A stretch of 64,000 nt of DNA from Fimbriosthenelais zetlandica (taxonomy: Eukaryota): positions 8,370,001 to 8,434,000 of the forward strand of contig OZ365118.1 of NCBI GenBank assembly GCA_977030845.1, read 5' to 3'. A program made the translations under genes and the position numbers. Below, piece after piece: positions 41,801 to 54,517 of the stretch (within the stretch, counting starts at the first letter, position 1; each line of letters begins with the position of its first letter). Under the pieces are notes generated by a model. The model worked only from the letters and a program-made list of their open reading frames with translations. It ran no database searches and was not told the DNA's origin.

Positions 41801-44800
41801 AGGCAAGAAGCCCTGCCGTAACTCCTCCGTCGACAGGTATATATTACAGTTCATATACACTTTAATTTTAAGGGATAAATAAGTAGTTTTACTTATTTAT
41901 TTTGATGACATCGCAATATAAAATATATGGTATCTTAATTAGTGATTAACTTTCATGTTTTTTTATTTTCATGTAATAATTGTGCATTGCAGCTCGGACA
42001 GTGCATTGTTTAGAGCTATATTTGTCTTTTTGAATGTAATAATTGTTGGTGATCTTTCAGTTCGCGCAGTGTGACTGTCAGCTCGGGCAGTGCGTTGTTT
42101 GGATCTATGTCTATATTTAATTTTAATGTAATTTTGGTGATCTTTCAGTTCGTGCAGTGTCAGCTCGGGCAGTGCATTGTTTGGAGCTATCCGAGCTAGT
42201 AATTCTCAGGCTACAGCAGCTTCAGCGAGGCGGCGGATACCGTCCAGAGCCAACCCTCCGCCAGAACTAGCTGACTGGCTGAAAACTTTCCAAGTAAGTT
42301 ACCAATCCATTCGTCAACTCACTATTATTCCCTCCACGGTGTGTCGCTAAAAATGCAGTACGCGGTTAATTGAAACCTTTCTAGGAAAAATTTTACCATA
42401 TTTAAACTATAATCTGAACTAGCAATTTTAATAAATAATTTTGGGGTTGAGAGGTATTTTCATGTGTTAATAAAAGTTCCTAAATTGGTTTGCATAAATA
42501 CACCTAGCATGTTCAATTGAAATCCACTTGTATATTTGTAAACTAGAAAAGTTACATGAGAAATTCTATGATCTATTTTAAGGAATACTTCCATTTACGT
42601 TTTGCGAATTTATTATATAAAATCCTGTGATTTTGTTTCCAGGAATGGTCACACGCTGAGCGGCTGATGGGACTGGATGAGCTAATCGCCCAATGTGAAC
42701 CTACCTTAGTACGTCATATGATGGCAGTTATTGAACCACAATTCCAGAGAGATTTTATATCATTACTACCTAAAGAGGTCGGTATTTCATTAACTTTTAT
42801 TGTGCCACATGGACACTTTGTTACACTGAATTCTCATAATTATAGAGCAATGTAATATATACGATTTTCCTTTATTTCCTTTGTTTAACATTCTATTAAT
42901 TTCATTATAAATAATTGTCATAATGTATAGAATGTGGGTTGATTTCTATATTATTCATTTCAGCTGGCCCTCTACGTGCTCTCCTTCCTGGAGCCTAAAG
43001 ACTTACTACGGGCGGCGCAGACTTGTCGTTACTGGCGACTTCTGGCCGAGGATAACCTGCTGTGGAGGGAGAAGTGTCGCGAGGAGAACATTGACGAGGC
43101 CCTCGTCTTCGGCCATCGTATGAGGAGAAAGTCTGCCGGCAGCAGTCCCTGGAAGGTGCTCTACATGCGACAACACCAGATTGAACAAAACTGGCGGCGC
43201 AAAACCATCCGGCCATGCAAGGTAAAATCATGAGTACACTTTAAATACAGGTAATCAGTAGCCTATACACTAAATAAGTTAAAGTAGCCTTTACAGGAAA
43301 TTTACCTTTACAGGAACTTTTATCTAAAGAAAATGAGTACATGTACATGTACCATTATCTTAAGAATATGTGTAGTCTTTAAGTTTAGATTATGACTAAA
43401 TTAGTAAATGAGTAGCCTTTAATGGAACTTTTATCTAAAGAAAATGAGTAGTTTTATCTAAAATAAAATGAATAGCTCTTATCTAAAGAAAATGAATAGC
43501 TATCTAAAGAAAATGAGTGTCGATAAGCAAAGAAAATGAGTAGCGTTTGCAGGAAATGAGTAGCTTTTATTTATCTAAAGAAATGAGGACTTATTAGAGA
43601 ATCATTACTTGAGTCGTTCTTTTTTACAATGGTTTTTTTTTTATCTCTTTTAGGTGCTAAAAGGTCATGACGACCATGTGATTACATGTCTCGAGTTTCA
43701 CGGCAACAAAATTGTAAGTGGATCCGATGACAACACGCTCAAAGTTTGGTCAGCTATCACTGGGAAGGTAACATGTCTTCTTTATCTTAACTTACTAAAA
43801 TATTTAATATATTTCTTGTCGTTTCCTAACTTTAAACTGTCTTCTGTACATATTTGGATAGGGGGTGACCCTTGACCAAAGAAAATGAGTATCTGTTATT
43901 ATCTGAAGAAAGTGAATTTCAGAAATTTAAAATGAGTTGCGTTTACAGAAAATGGGTCATTTTTTAACAAAATTATTAGTTTTTTTGTATCTGAAGAAAT
44001 GATGTACAGAAATTGGAAATGAGGAAATGAGTAATATTTAAGGTGGCTCGTACCATTTGCCATGTGACCATGGCGTTGCAACGCCTTTCTCTCGGTTTCA
44101 CGGGTTGCCACTTTCGCCTTTTCCGCTCCAAGCGTAAACTTCCTGCTTGCGAAAATGGCAGCACACTACATGCGATTACGGGGGAAATTTGCTTCCCAGA
44201 AGAAACTAAACAAGGTTAACCACATTCTGGAAGTCCGCCATGAAAAAGCTATATCCAATATACAAGACTACGTTCATTTGGATCACTGTTACGGCTGTCC
44301 AACCTCAGAATTGAACATTGCGTCGGAGGTGACAGTTGAGACTACCGACCCGGACTTGTGGGGTATTTTTATAATAAATGTTATTTAGTACAAGTTGCAG
44401 TCGGTCAATATTTTTTTTGGGGGGATATATGGTGGCTAACAATATAAATAACTTCCTGGCACATTTTCAGGATTTTCTGTCTCATGGATTTTCTTGAGGA
44501 GCCTTACGGGGATAAAAACCTGCTATTTTGCACTGAAGTCAATGGGCGGACTGTGAAATTCTTTAAAAATTGACAAAAAAAAAAGTAGACGGCCAATTGA
44601 CTTCATGTTTTGTATTCTGCCTCCTGCGACACTAGGCTACAACATATAAAAAAATTAGGGTTTTCTATCACAAACTTTAAGAAGGTATGAGCCACCTTAA
44701 CTGGGGAAAATGAGTAGCCATTTATTTAAGCTCTCATTAAAATACCTGGAATATTTCCATTTTTGCTTCATTTTTCTGCCTTCGTGTTCTTTCAGTGCCT

Positions 44801-47094
44801 ACGTACGTTGGTTGGACATACGGGAGGGGTATGGTCATCACAGATGTCTGGTACCCTCATTATCAGCGGCTCTACTGACCGCACCCTCAAGGTGTGGAAC
44901 GCTGAGACTGGACAGTGTGTACACACCCTGTACGGTCACACCTCCACCGTACGGTGTATGCACCTACACAATAATAGGTCAGTATGGCTGTTCAAGATTC
45001 AAAAATATTTATTTCCCGCGTTAGAAAATATTACGTAGTCAAATGATTTAGCCTTAGGCCCAAACATATCACACACAATAAAAAGCAGGTCCCCGAGGGC
45101 AATGGGTAAAATAAGAAAAAATATACCTAATACTTCATCCGCTCACTTACAATACGTATGTGGAGGCCACCGCAGTGGTATAATGGTTAGAGTGTCTGCC
45201 CTGCGTGTGGAAGGTCGGCAGTTCGAACCGCAGCTCTCTCGCTTGGCACTCAGCAAGGGGCTGACTGTCCCAACTAGGCACCGTCATGATATGTAACTGT
45301 GAAATTGTTGAAAAAGGCGTTAAACCCCATTAAACAAACTATTACTGACTAATCTTACAGAATGTGCCATTTGAATGTTGCTATATTGAATGTAACCATG
45401 TATGAATGTATTTCAGGGTTGTCAGTGGGTCTCGGGACGCCACGTTACGTGTCTGGGATATTGACACGGGTCAGTGTTTACACGTATTGATGGGACACGT
45501 AGCGGCCGTCAGGTGTGTACAGTACGACGGTCGGCGCGTCGTCAGCGGTGCTTACGACTACATGGTCAAAGTGTGGGACCCAGAGACGGAGACCTGTCTA
45601 CATACATTACAGGGTCACACCAATAGGGTATACTCACTGCAGGTACGTCTTATACTTTATATCACAACTTGGCTTGTTAATTACACTCCCAAACACGCTG
45701 ATCTGGCCGTTGCATTTTCAACAATAGTGAAACCAAGGAAACTTAATGGGCATATTTTATAAAGTTTTGAGGTAGAAGTTGTGATATAAATATGGAATAC
45801 GACTCGACATCGATCTGCTCGTAGCAAGTCACTCAAGATTATCTGCATGTTTTCACGCATTGTGCGACCCATCTGCTCTCACAGATCAACGTCTCGTTGT
45901 ATTCCATATTATAAGTAGTCTTTCTAGTAGGGTTAGTAGTAGTCTTAGTAGTAGGGTTTTCTGTGGCGATTTCACTGATACGGAACAATTGGTATAAGGT
46001 GATTTTTCCAGGTAGATCTGACCTTAGATAGTTGATTTCACTACAAAAATAGCTGGCTGATGTCTCAGTAGAGAGAAATCAATTCCTAGTAACGGAACCG
46101 TCTACTGGTTTTCTTGTCTGTCTTAGGATATTGCACATATGGGCACTAAATTTTAACAGGGTACATTTCTGATACCAGGCTACAAAGAAATCCTTACTTG
46201 TGTTTCATTTCCCTTTACCCTTTAACAATTTAAACAATTTTAAAAATTTAGTTTGACGGGACACACATCGTAAGCGGTTCACTGGACACTTCTATCCGTG
46301 TGTGGGATGTAGAGACGGGGAACTGTCTGCACACACTGATAGGTCATCAGTCACTCACGTCTGGTATGGAACTCAAAGATAACACACTCGTCTCAGGTAA
46401 CGCTGACTCGACCGTCAAGGTATGGGACATCACCACAGGTCACTGTCTGCAAACATTACAAGGTACCTCGTCTTTCTTTTTACTTTATTATTTTATTTGC
46501 AAAATATATATCACTGTTCGCTTAGAAAATTTCCAATTTTGGCAGCTGCCTTTTGTCCTTGATAATTCAGGGTTACCATGCGTTATTAAATTTTGTTACA
46601 AATTTTTAAAATTTCGGAATTTTTGTCTATACGGTCTTAAATTTGTTTTAAGTTTAATTTTGTTCAGTAAGGTATTATGTCCCTGAAATTATTGCAAGGA
46701 AAGTTTTCTGAAAATCAAATAACCGTATTTTTTATTGATAATTAAAACCAATTTCCCTCCGTTTCCAGGTACCAACAAACATCAGAGCGCCGTTACATGC
46801 CTACAGTTCAATAAGAAATTCGTCATCACTTCCTCGGACGACGGCACTGTGAAAATCTGGGACTTGAAAACCGGCGAGTTCCTACGTAACTTGGTGGCGC
46901 TGGAAAGTGGGGGCAGCGGGGGCGTGGTGTGGCGTATACGGTGTAGCAACACCCGCCTTGTCTGCGCCGTTGGCAGCCGTAATGGCACGGAGGAGACGAA
47001 ACTGTTAGTTCTAGACTTTGACATGGACGAGTCTTCTAACCAATGCAACCAATCTAGCGCCATTCAAGGGACAAAGAAACAAGTGGCCATGTGA
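38827..47094 (+). CDS. FBXW7: F-box/WD40 protein 7 with N-terminal helix-hairpin-helix domain and acidic region; exons 38827-38849, 39568-39697, 40270-40412, 40828-41359, 41754-41836, 42149-42293, 42643-42777, 42964-43221, 43654-43767, 44796-44977, 45417-45642, 46252-46462, 46769-47094
   Basis: Common region [21 protein letters not shown], dimerisation domain [31 protein letters not shown]-box [25 protein letters not shown], and a WD40 propeller nearly identical to vertebrate FBXW7 ([12 protein letters not shown] ... [17 protein letters not shown]). All junctions are GT-AG and in frame. Confidence 0.96.
40680..40770 (+). mobile_element. SINE 3' fragment
   Basis: ATAAAAGAGAATAGGGCTCAGTGTCACAAGTAGGCACTGTCATGATATAACTGAAAAAGTATTGAAAGTGACGTTAAACAAC matches the family tail. 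Confidence 0.75.
41985..42190. repeat. Tandem duplication (about 88-bp period) of an FBXW7 acceptor plus exon start
   Basis: GGTGATCTTTCAG|TTCG(C/T)GCAGTGT...CAGCTCGGGCAGTGC(G/A)TTGTTTGGA at 42061 and 42149, with a partial third copy near 41993. Confidence 0.85.
43320..43590. repeat. Degenerate tandem repeat TATCTAAAGAAAATGAGTA
   Basis: About 7 diverged copies in an FBXW7 intron. Confidence 0.75.
44038..44700 (+). mobile_element. Internally deleted TTAA-targeting DNA transposon (Kolobok-like) retaining a 5' ORF
   Basis: TTAA|GGTGGCTCGTACC ... GGTATGAGCCACC|TTAA (12/13 TIR, TTAA TSD, GG...CC termini). It contains ORF 44155-44388 and an internal inverted repeat GAAGTCAAT/ATTGACTTC. Confidence 0.75.
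45165..45339 (+). mobile_element. SINE with tRNA-like head and deleted central core
   Basis: A box (AGTGGTATAATGGTTAG) and B box (GTTCGAACC), then CTCGCTTGGCACTCAGCA, joined directly to the tail TAGGCACCGTCATGATAT...GGCGTTAAACCCC. Confidence 0.8.
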
Positions 47095-47497
47095 CGGCAG
47101 CTCCTGGCTTATAGAGGTGTTGTCTATGCTACACGGAAAAGTGGCTGCAAGTCAGACAGGGCTGTCTTTAAGGCTAGTCACTTGAAGCACTCAGGCTGTG
47201 ATAGGTGACGGGATTTAAATATATAAACAGGCTAATACTGAATATTATTAATAATAGGGACTGTATGAGACACAAGTATAGACACTATAAAAACACTCAG
47301 GCCCTATGATTACTAGTGCAACAGATCCTGATACAACCTAACCCCATCTTCTTCCTCCCTCTATCTCCACCTTATAACTGAGGTTTTTGAGTTTTGAGTT
47401 TGGTTGGTAAGCAGGGAATTGGTTGGTCTGAGGTGTTAAGAAAAAAAGAAATGTATTCACGATCCAGCCAATGTGTAAGCTGAATAGGATGTATTCT

Positions 47498-47717
47498 TAT
47501 AGTAAAATCCGTTAATGAACACTTACGGGATTGGGCGAAAAGTGTTCACTTTATGGAGGTGTTCCCTAAACGGCACTGAATTATGGACTGAAAAAGTGTT
47601 TCTTAATCAGAGGGGGCTTCTACAATCCAACAATTTTGGACTGAAAATGTGTTCACTATAAAGAGGTGGTCCCTAACTAATCAACACTGAGTGTTCACTA
47701 ATGTAGGTTTTACTGTA
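47498..47717. mobile_element. Tc1/mariner (pogo-like) MITE downstream of the FBXW7 stop
   Basis: TATAGTAAAATCC ... AGGTTTTACTGTA, with internal GTGTTCACT repeats shared with the 6447 copy. Confidence 0.6.
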
Positions 47718-47987
47718 TGTGTATCCCATATAACGCTTGGGTAAGGAAAGTGTTCTTAGTTCCACCGTGCAACACTGTGTTAGCCAAACAAGTATATCGT
47801 ATAATGTCCATGGAAAAGACCGTGTGAAGAGAAGGAAATTGGAGAGAGAGAAGAAATGATTCTAGTATTGAGCATTGATGACCTAATCTTACCTCACTAT
47901 GAGAATAATATGTGGAGATGTGCGTGAGTGGGTTTTCGTGTGTCAAGTCAGATATGGTTCCTGTGTGTGCGTTTGTGCATATGGGAT

Positions 47988-48265
47988 GCGTTTGTCTGGT
48001 GTGTGCGTGCGTAGGCGCGTTTGTCTGGTGTGTGCGTGTTTATGAGGCGTTTGTCTGGTGTGTGTGCTTATGACGTGCGTTTGTCTGGTGTGTAAATGCG
48101 TTTGACGCGTTTGTCTGGTCGGGTGTGTCCATGCGTTTGACGCGTTTGTCTGGTCGGGTGTGTCCATGCGTATGGCGCGTTTGTCTGGTCGGGTGTGTCC
48201 ATGCGTATGGCGCATTTGTCTGGTGCGTACATGCGTATGACGTGCGTTTGTCTGGTGTGTGCGTG
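47988..48265. repeat. Minisatellite, 30-35-bp unit with core GCGTTTGTCTGGT, about 9 copies
   Basis: Directly visible TG-rich array, probably in the FBXW7 3' UTR. Confidence 0.9.
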
Positions 48266-51200
48266 CGTTTATTTCAGTGTGTGTGACTTGCCATTCTGTC
48301 TCTTTATTTTCCAGTACATTTCTTCCTTATGGCACAAACAAAACAAAAATTTGCAACAGATAACAAAAAATCTGTATGTATTCTTTAGACGAACAAGGTT
48401 TGACACTTTTCTTAGCAGATTGGCTATGTGTTTTGTTATACAGTCTGTTTACTCTAAGTTGATCCGAAACCACACTACAAATGTATGGTGGTTTCGGATC
48501 AACTTAGACTGAACAGACTGTAGTTAACTTGTTCATTCTCAATTCCTCCTTCTTTTATAGGAATGTTACTTTTTGCCGGTCTAATAGTGGTGTAGGGTTT
48601 TTCATTGTTAAATATTTCTGACTTTGATCTCTTTTGTTTCTTGGTCTCTCTTTCGTTGAAAATAATTAATTCATATATGAAGTGACTGTGTGGTAACGTA
48701 AGATTAGTGAGAGAAATTTAGGAATGATAAGGAATTGAGGAGTATTTCAGATCACTTTTCGTCGACTTGCAAGAATTTATTTTTGTTGAGAGTGTGTTTG
48801 GGAGGAACATGAACAAATGGACAGTGTTGATTTGTATTGAAAACTTTCTTAATATCTGGGATTTGCTTGGCTGAATTTAGAGTGGTGACTGTTGAATGGC
48901 ATGAGAAATGAGCGGCGAAGAAAAAAAATGTACAAGAATTAAATTTTGGAGGGTGAATATCATAGCGTTTCATAACGACTCTTCCAAGCAATAAATATCA
49001 TTTTATAGTTTGAAAGTTGTATCCAAGGAGTTTATATATCTCTATATTAAATAGAATATAAAATTAAATAGATGTATACATATATTATTTTATATCATGA
49101 GAAAAAATGACTGATTTTCCATAATTGTACAATATATATATGCATCTACATTGTGATCGGATGATACTAGTATTAATTTGATTTGGGGGATGTTTTTTTT
49201 GTTTTGTTTTTTTATATTTTTAACCTGAGGCGACATTTTTTTATTGTTTGGTTTGCTGACAATATAAGTCCTTTTTGGGGATGGGCGGAGTAAAAAAACT
49301 AAAATCCTGAATATCGGTAGTTACCTTTCCAAAATTGGGGATGGTTATAAATAATTTTAACAAAGTTTTATCAAAAATACTTTCAATAGGGTACTATTTC
49401 CATTAAGCCTTAAGGGTATATATATTTTGCCGTCGGCGGATCCACGAAGGATCCTCGAACCAAACAATAAAAAAGATGCTCACCTGAGTGTGATGAAATC
49501 AGAATGTAATCCAAGTAAATCCTGAACCTGGTAAGGGATTTGTCGTTTTGTAGTACCACCGATTAGTTAGTTGTTTTTTTCTATGTGATTACTCTGTGTA
49601 TTATGTGATAACGGGCGGAGAGCAGTTTAACATGAAAGTCTGCTGCGCTTAACAATTCATAACTGGTCCCATGTATTCCTAGGTTTCCTCCTCCTAGTTC
49701 GGTGTCGGGGGCATCTGTGGTTTTTAGTCGACTGAAAACGATCCAAGAAGGGTTTATCGGAGGGAGAAACCATGAGAAATATACAAGAATCTGGAGAAAA
49801 AGAAAATTGTTGACTTTGGTTGCATAGGTAGGTGGCGGGCAGGAGTTGTTGTTGAGATAAGTTGGGAACCTTGGGCAGAGTCGAAAACAATAATGTGAAA
49901 ATTACATAATTTATTTGGAAGGAATAAGAAAAAATATATTTAGTTGGTAATTTTCATTCCTTAGATCGATTTATTTGAAAGAGAAAAAATATAAAGTATC
50001 CCTGATTATTTGGTGGAAATAAGAAAAATACAGGACACAGTTCATATTGGTTCCTTTACTCGGTGTTGGGGGCAACTTGTAATCGTGAATTGTTGACTGA
50101 AATAATACATGTATATCAAGAAAAATTGACGTGAGTGAGTTTACAAAAATACAGGATTTGAATTTTGGTTATGGTTGTGAAATAAGTGTCCAATTATCTT
50201 GTGAATAGAACCTTTTCAAAATCAGTATTTTTGAAATAATTTTAAACATTTTTCATCTCAGGTACTTTTGTCTTTGTCGAGGAAATAATCATATCGTTTG
50301 TGAAGAAGAGCAAGCAAGACAGAACAATTCATATGAGATGGGGATTTGGTTACAGTTGCTGAGTGGAATTCTTTAGTATAATCATGTGTGAAAGTGTTGT
50401 GATATTAAATTCCTTGCCTTTGAATTGATGGTTTATAGAAATTATATTTTCTTGGGTCCAAAAAAGACTGGTTGAAACTGAATCATTTCTTGGGTTTCCA
50501 ACATGATAAGGTCATTAAGGAAGGCGAAGTTGGGACTCCCTTCCAGTTCCCTCCTTTGGTGTTTCTGTGTTTAAAAAATGAATTTGGCGTTTGTGTGGAG
50601 AAGTGACTGTCACAACCTAGCCCCTCCTTGAAAAAAGAAAATGGAATTGAAAAAAAAATTAAAAGTTAATGCGAGTGGACCATGGATTCACCCATGTAAA
50701 TGTATATAGATCTAACCTCGATGTATAAAAGGTATGGGAACATGTGAAAGCTCTATTATAATAGTCATTATGTATTTCGTATTGATGAATATATTTCTGT
50801 GGTTTGTGGGTGGGGACCGATTAATAGATTAATAAACGTGAAGGTTGGGAGGGAAGTCGTCCATCCATCTTGTATAGTGGAGTGATGAACCCGAGAAACA
50901 ACTACGATGGTAGATGTGCAATAAAGACAATCTATTTGTATCTCCCGTTTTCTTCTTTGTAAGCCCAGTGTTAATTGAAATATCAAGCAGTTCGGGTTAG
51001 GCCTAAGTATAATGATGAGTCCAGAGCTCCCACACTTCCAGACCTCGAACGGTGCTGGTTTCATCGTCCTGGCGCAAATTTGTTTGTCCCCCGGGTTGCC
51101 ACTGGCCATGAAAAAGTCCGGGGATTTTGACAGGAATACCGGTACTGGGATTTTAAGAAAACTCCAGCGGAAATTTTTACTCATGTCAAGGAAAATTTGA

Positions 51201-51641
51201 ATTTGATTTTTCCGCCTATAGGGCTACCGTAGGCCTACATAGGCCTATATATCTTTCAATTTCGGCCAAATTGGAGAAAAATGAAAATTGATTTGTAATA
51301 AGCAAAATAACCTTCATAGGCCTGTGTCTACAGGCCTTCACAGAACTCCATGATCACCCCCCTCTTCCTCCCACAGCCTATCACTCTCACCCCCCTAGAT
51401 ATTTAGATCTAGTTAGAAATTTAGAAGGCCCGGTTAGTAGGCCTACATATTTTTGGAGGTTTGGCAGCTATCCGCCAGATGTCCTGCTTGTCGCCTGTTA
51501 TCATTCTTATCCGCTATTAGACTGGCGCTGTAATCGTTATTTCGTGACCTCACCAAGCACCCGACCTCCTTCAGCCGGCTCTCGCACGTGTCCACGTTTC
51601 CCCCTTCCTTTTCACCACTCCTCTCCCAGGCGTCCGGGCGT

Positions 51642-53878
51642 ATGATTGGAACACTCCTCGCATTCTTTGCTCAATTTTCACCTACCATCATGGCCAACCG
51701 AGAAAGAACTTTCATCATGCTCAAGCCTGACGCCGTCCAGCGTAATCTGGTGGGCGAAATTATCTCCCGCTTCGAGAAGAGAGGCTTCAAATTGGTGGCC
51801 ATGAAATTCATGATGGTAAGTTGGTCCTCTTTGTCATTTTTCAATATGGAGTTGGCGACCTGTCTGACTGTCCGTGTAGTCTCCTTCCTACCAGAGTTCC
51901 TCTAGTTGAAAGTCTAGATTTATTCCACACAAAAACTTATTTATTTCTTTGACCACGTACCCTATTCATATTGACCAATTTTATTTTGACGTTTCCCTAG
52001 AGTTTAAATTATTTATGATCCTAACTACCGGCCCGGTAGACCCGGTGGGCGGTCGGCTCGCCGTACATGGCAATGTCTAATTTTCTCCTATTATCGTTCA
52101 CAGCTGTCACGCGTGGACTCTTGATTTTCTGGTTATCCTGGCCTATTTTCATATTTAAAAAGCCATTATTTTTCCCAAATACACTGGAAAAGGTATCAAC
52201 TAAGGCGTATTCATTCATTTGAAATGAACCACACGTTTATTAACCTCGTTCGTGTTCATAACTGCTGGTACCGGTACATCCTATTGGCAGTATTGCAATT
52301 TACCTCTATTATCGCTCAGAACTGTCACTTGTTGCAGATAAGTTGCTATTCTAAAAGTCACCCCACTGGTGACTTGTCAGACAAAACATGTCTATGGTCA
52401 GACTTAGCTGACTGACTTGTTGCTATTGCACAGTCACCCCCCTCACTGCCCTGTCAGACAGACTTAGACTTAGCTGACCGACTTGACACTTGTTGCTATT
52501 CCGGGTATTTCACAAAGTCTTATCTCAATAAAAAAAAAAAGTGAAAATTTAACTTCTCTCATCCTTTGGGTCCCCAACTCTGCATGAATATGTTTATAGC
52601 TGCTCAGAACTTGGTCCCTCTTTTTACCATCTACGAGTCATTTAAATTAAATGGTACTTCGTACTACTACCAGTACTGACAGCCAGTAGGCCTACTTGAG
52701 TGCATGATATTTGATTTGAATCTCTTCTTTCGTCTCAGGCCCCCAAGTCTCTCCTGGAGGAGCACTATGGCGAGCACAAGGGTCGTCCATTCTTTGACGG
52801 ACTGGTCGGCTATATGGCATCTGGCCCAGTTGTTCCCATGGTAAGATTTACTTTAATTTTTTCATTATTAAGTTTTGTAAACTTTAACTTTGATTTTAAT
52901 TTGGTCCATTATTGGGAAGAATTTTCTAATCGTTATCTAGGAAATAGAGCTGTAGAGGGGCTCCTTTGATATATCATTGACGTTTATTACCGGTACAGTA
53001 CTAATATTTGTTGAGGTTTTGTATTTCAATTCTTTTTAGATGTTATTATTTTTGTCGGTTTTCTCGTTTTAGGTGTGGGAGGGTACTAATGTGGTTCTTG
53101 CTGGCCGTACTATGATGGGTGCCACTAAACCCATGGAGTCTGCACCTGGTACCATCCGTGGCGACTACTGCATCGATATTGGAAGGTAGGTTCATTATTC
53201 TTGGTTAGTTAGTCATTCCTAAGATTTTTTTACACTTTTGACGTCTATCTAGATTAATGAAATAAAAATTGACTGATTTCTTTAAAGAAATATTTCAGTT
53301 TAATTTCAACTTAATTTAAGTATGAAGAACAATATTTCAATGTTGAGAATATTCCCAGTAATGAAACTAAATCAACCATCCCTACCTTTTCTAAAAAAGT
53401 AAAATCTAAAGTATGGAATCCGAATTTTTTCAAATTGTACAATGCAAAAATAAAGCTTTTCAAATGCCATTCCAGTACACCTGTTTATCAAATTTTAATA
53501 TGAAAACCCACATGAAACCTTGCCCAGGCTCGGTTATCATTCTACAGTCAAACCTGTATAAATCCACCATCCTTGGGACCCAACGAAAGTGGTCGCTTTA
53601 TAGAGGCTCATCACTTAGAGGAAAAAATTCGGGACCGGGGAAAACAAGTGGTCGGATTATCCAGGTGGTCTAGTTAAGAGGTGGTCGCTAAGTCAGGTTC
53701 GAATGTATATTATAATTAAAACATTTGAGTCTAATATTGTGATGAATTATTTCCCCCCAGGAATATCATTCACGGTAGCGATGCTGTTGAGACTGCTAAC
53801 AAGGAGATCGCTCTCTGGTTCAAGGAAAACGAGGTAGCTTCCTGGACCCCCACCTCAGACGCCTGGATCTACGAATGA
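51642..53878 (+). CDS. NME: Group I nucleoside diphosphate kinase (152 aa from ATG 51690; 168 aa from upstream in-frame ATG 51642); exons 51642/51690-51815, 52739-52840, 53073-53185, 53761-53878
   Basis: [86 protein letters not shown] (catalytic His), C-terminal WIYE*. Confidence 0.96.
53543..53707. mobile_element. Tc1/mariner (pogo-like) MITE in NME intron 3
   Basis: TA|CAGTCAAACCTG ... CAGGTTCGAATG|TA. Confidence 0.65.
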
Positions 53879-54517
53879 ACTACAATGAGACCATTATGTA
53901 ACTTGTAAGGAGCTAACGCAACCAACTTATTTGCCAAGGCTGTGCCTGCTGACTGACCGGGAACACTTTTTGCTCTCCGGAAGAAAGAAAAAAAAATCAT
54001 TTACCGCAGCAACTAGCAATCCTTATTGATAAACATTTTAGGACGAAAATTGGTTGAAAGGACCATTATTGATTACATCGTGTAAATAAGTTGATGCAAA
54101 TCCAATTGTGCTTAATCTACAGGGTATAATCTCTTAATGTAGGTTTTCTGTGTTGATGCAGGTCATAAAAAATAAAGTGAAAAATATATCTAAATCTCCT
54201 GGTTTTCTGTCCGTATCGGGATTCCCTATCTTTTGGAAGCTAGTAGCTAACCGGAGTCGTCCTTATATCTTAAATCCCCAAATCTTAATTTAGTCTATTT
54301 AGGCAGACTCATTTGCCGGATTTACTCCCTCCGAAATATTGCAGTAGTCAGCACTAATGAATAGTTGATGCCGTGAACAGCTCAAATTTAAATATTTTTT
54401 CTCCCTTAGTTACATGAACTGTAAATATTAATCATAAGTAAACTAAACACTATCACAGATTCTTAGGGGATAATTAGCACCACATGTTCTAGCGTATGGT
54501 CTCGTACTTGATGCATC

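Noticed and set aside
45165-45240. tRNA gene (A and B boxes, cloverleaf-like)
   Set aside because: The acceptor stem does not close and the sequence runs into the SINE body and tail shared by other copies. It is a SINE head.
47943-48512. ORFs of 90 and 105 aa
   Set aside because: They are produced by the TG-rich minisatellite.
50768-51200. Overlapping ORFs upstream of NME
   Set aside because: No motifs were found. The region is better explained as NME promoter or 5' UTR.
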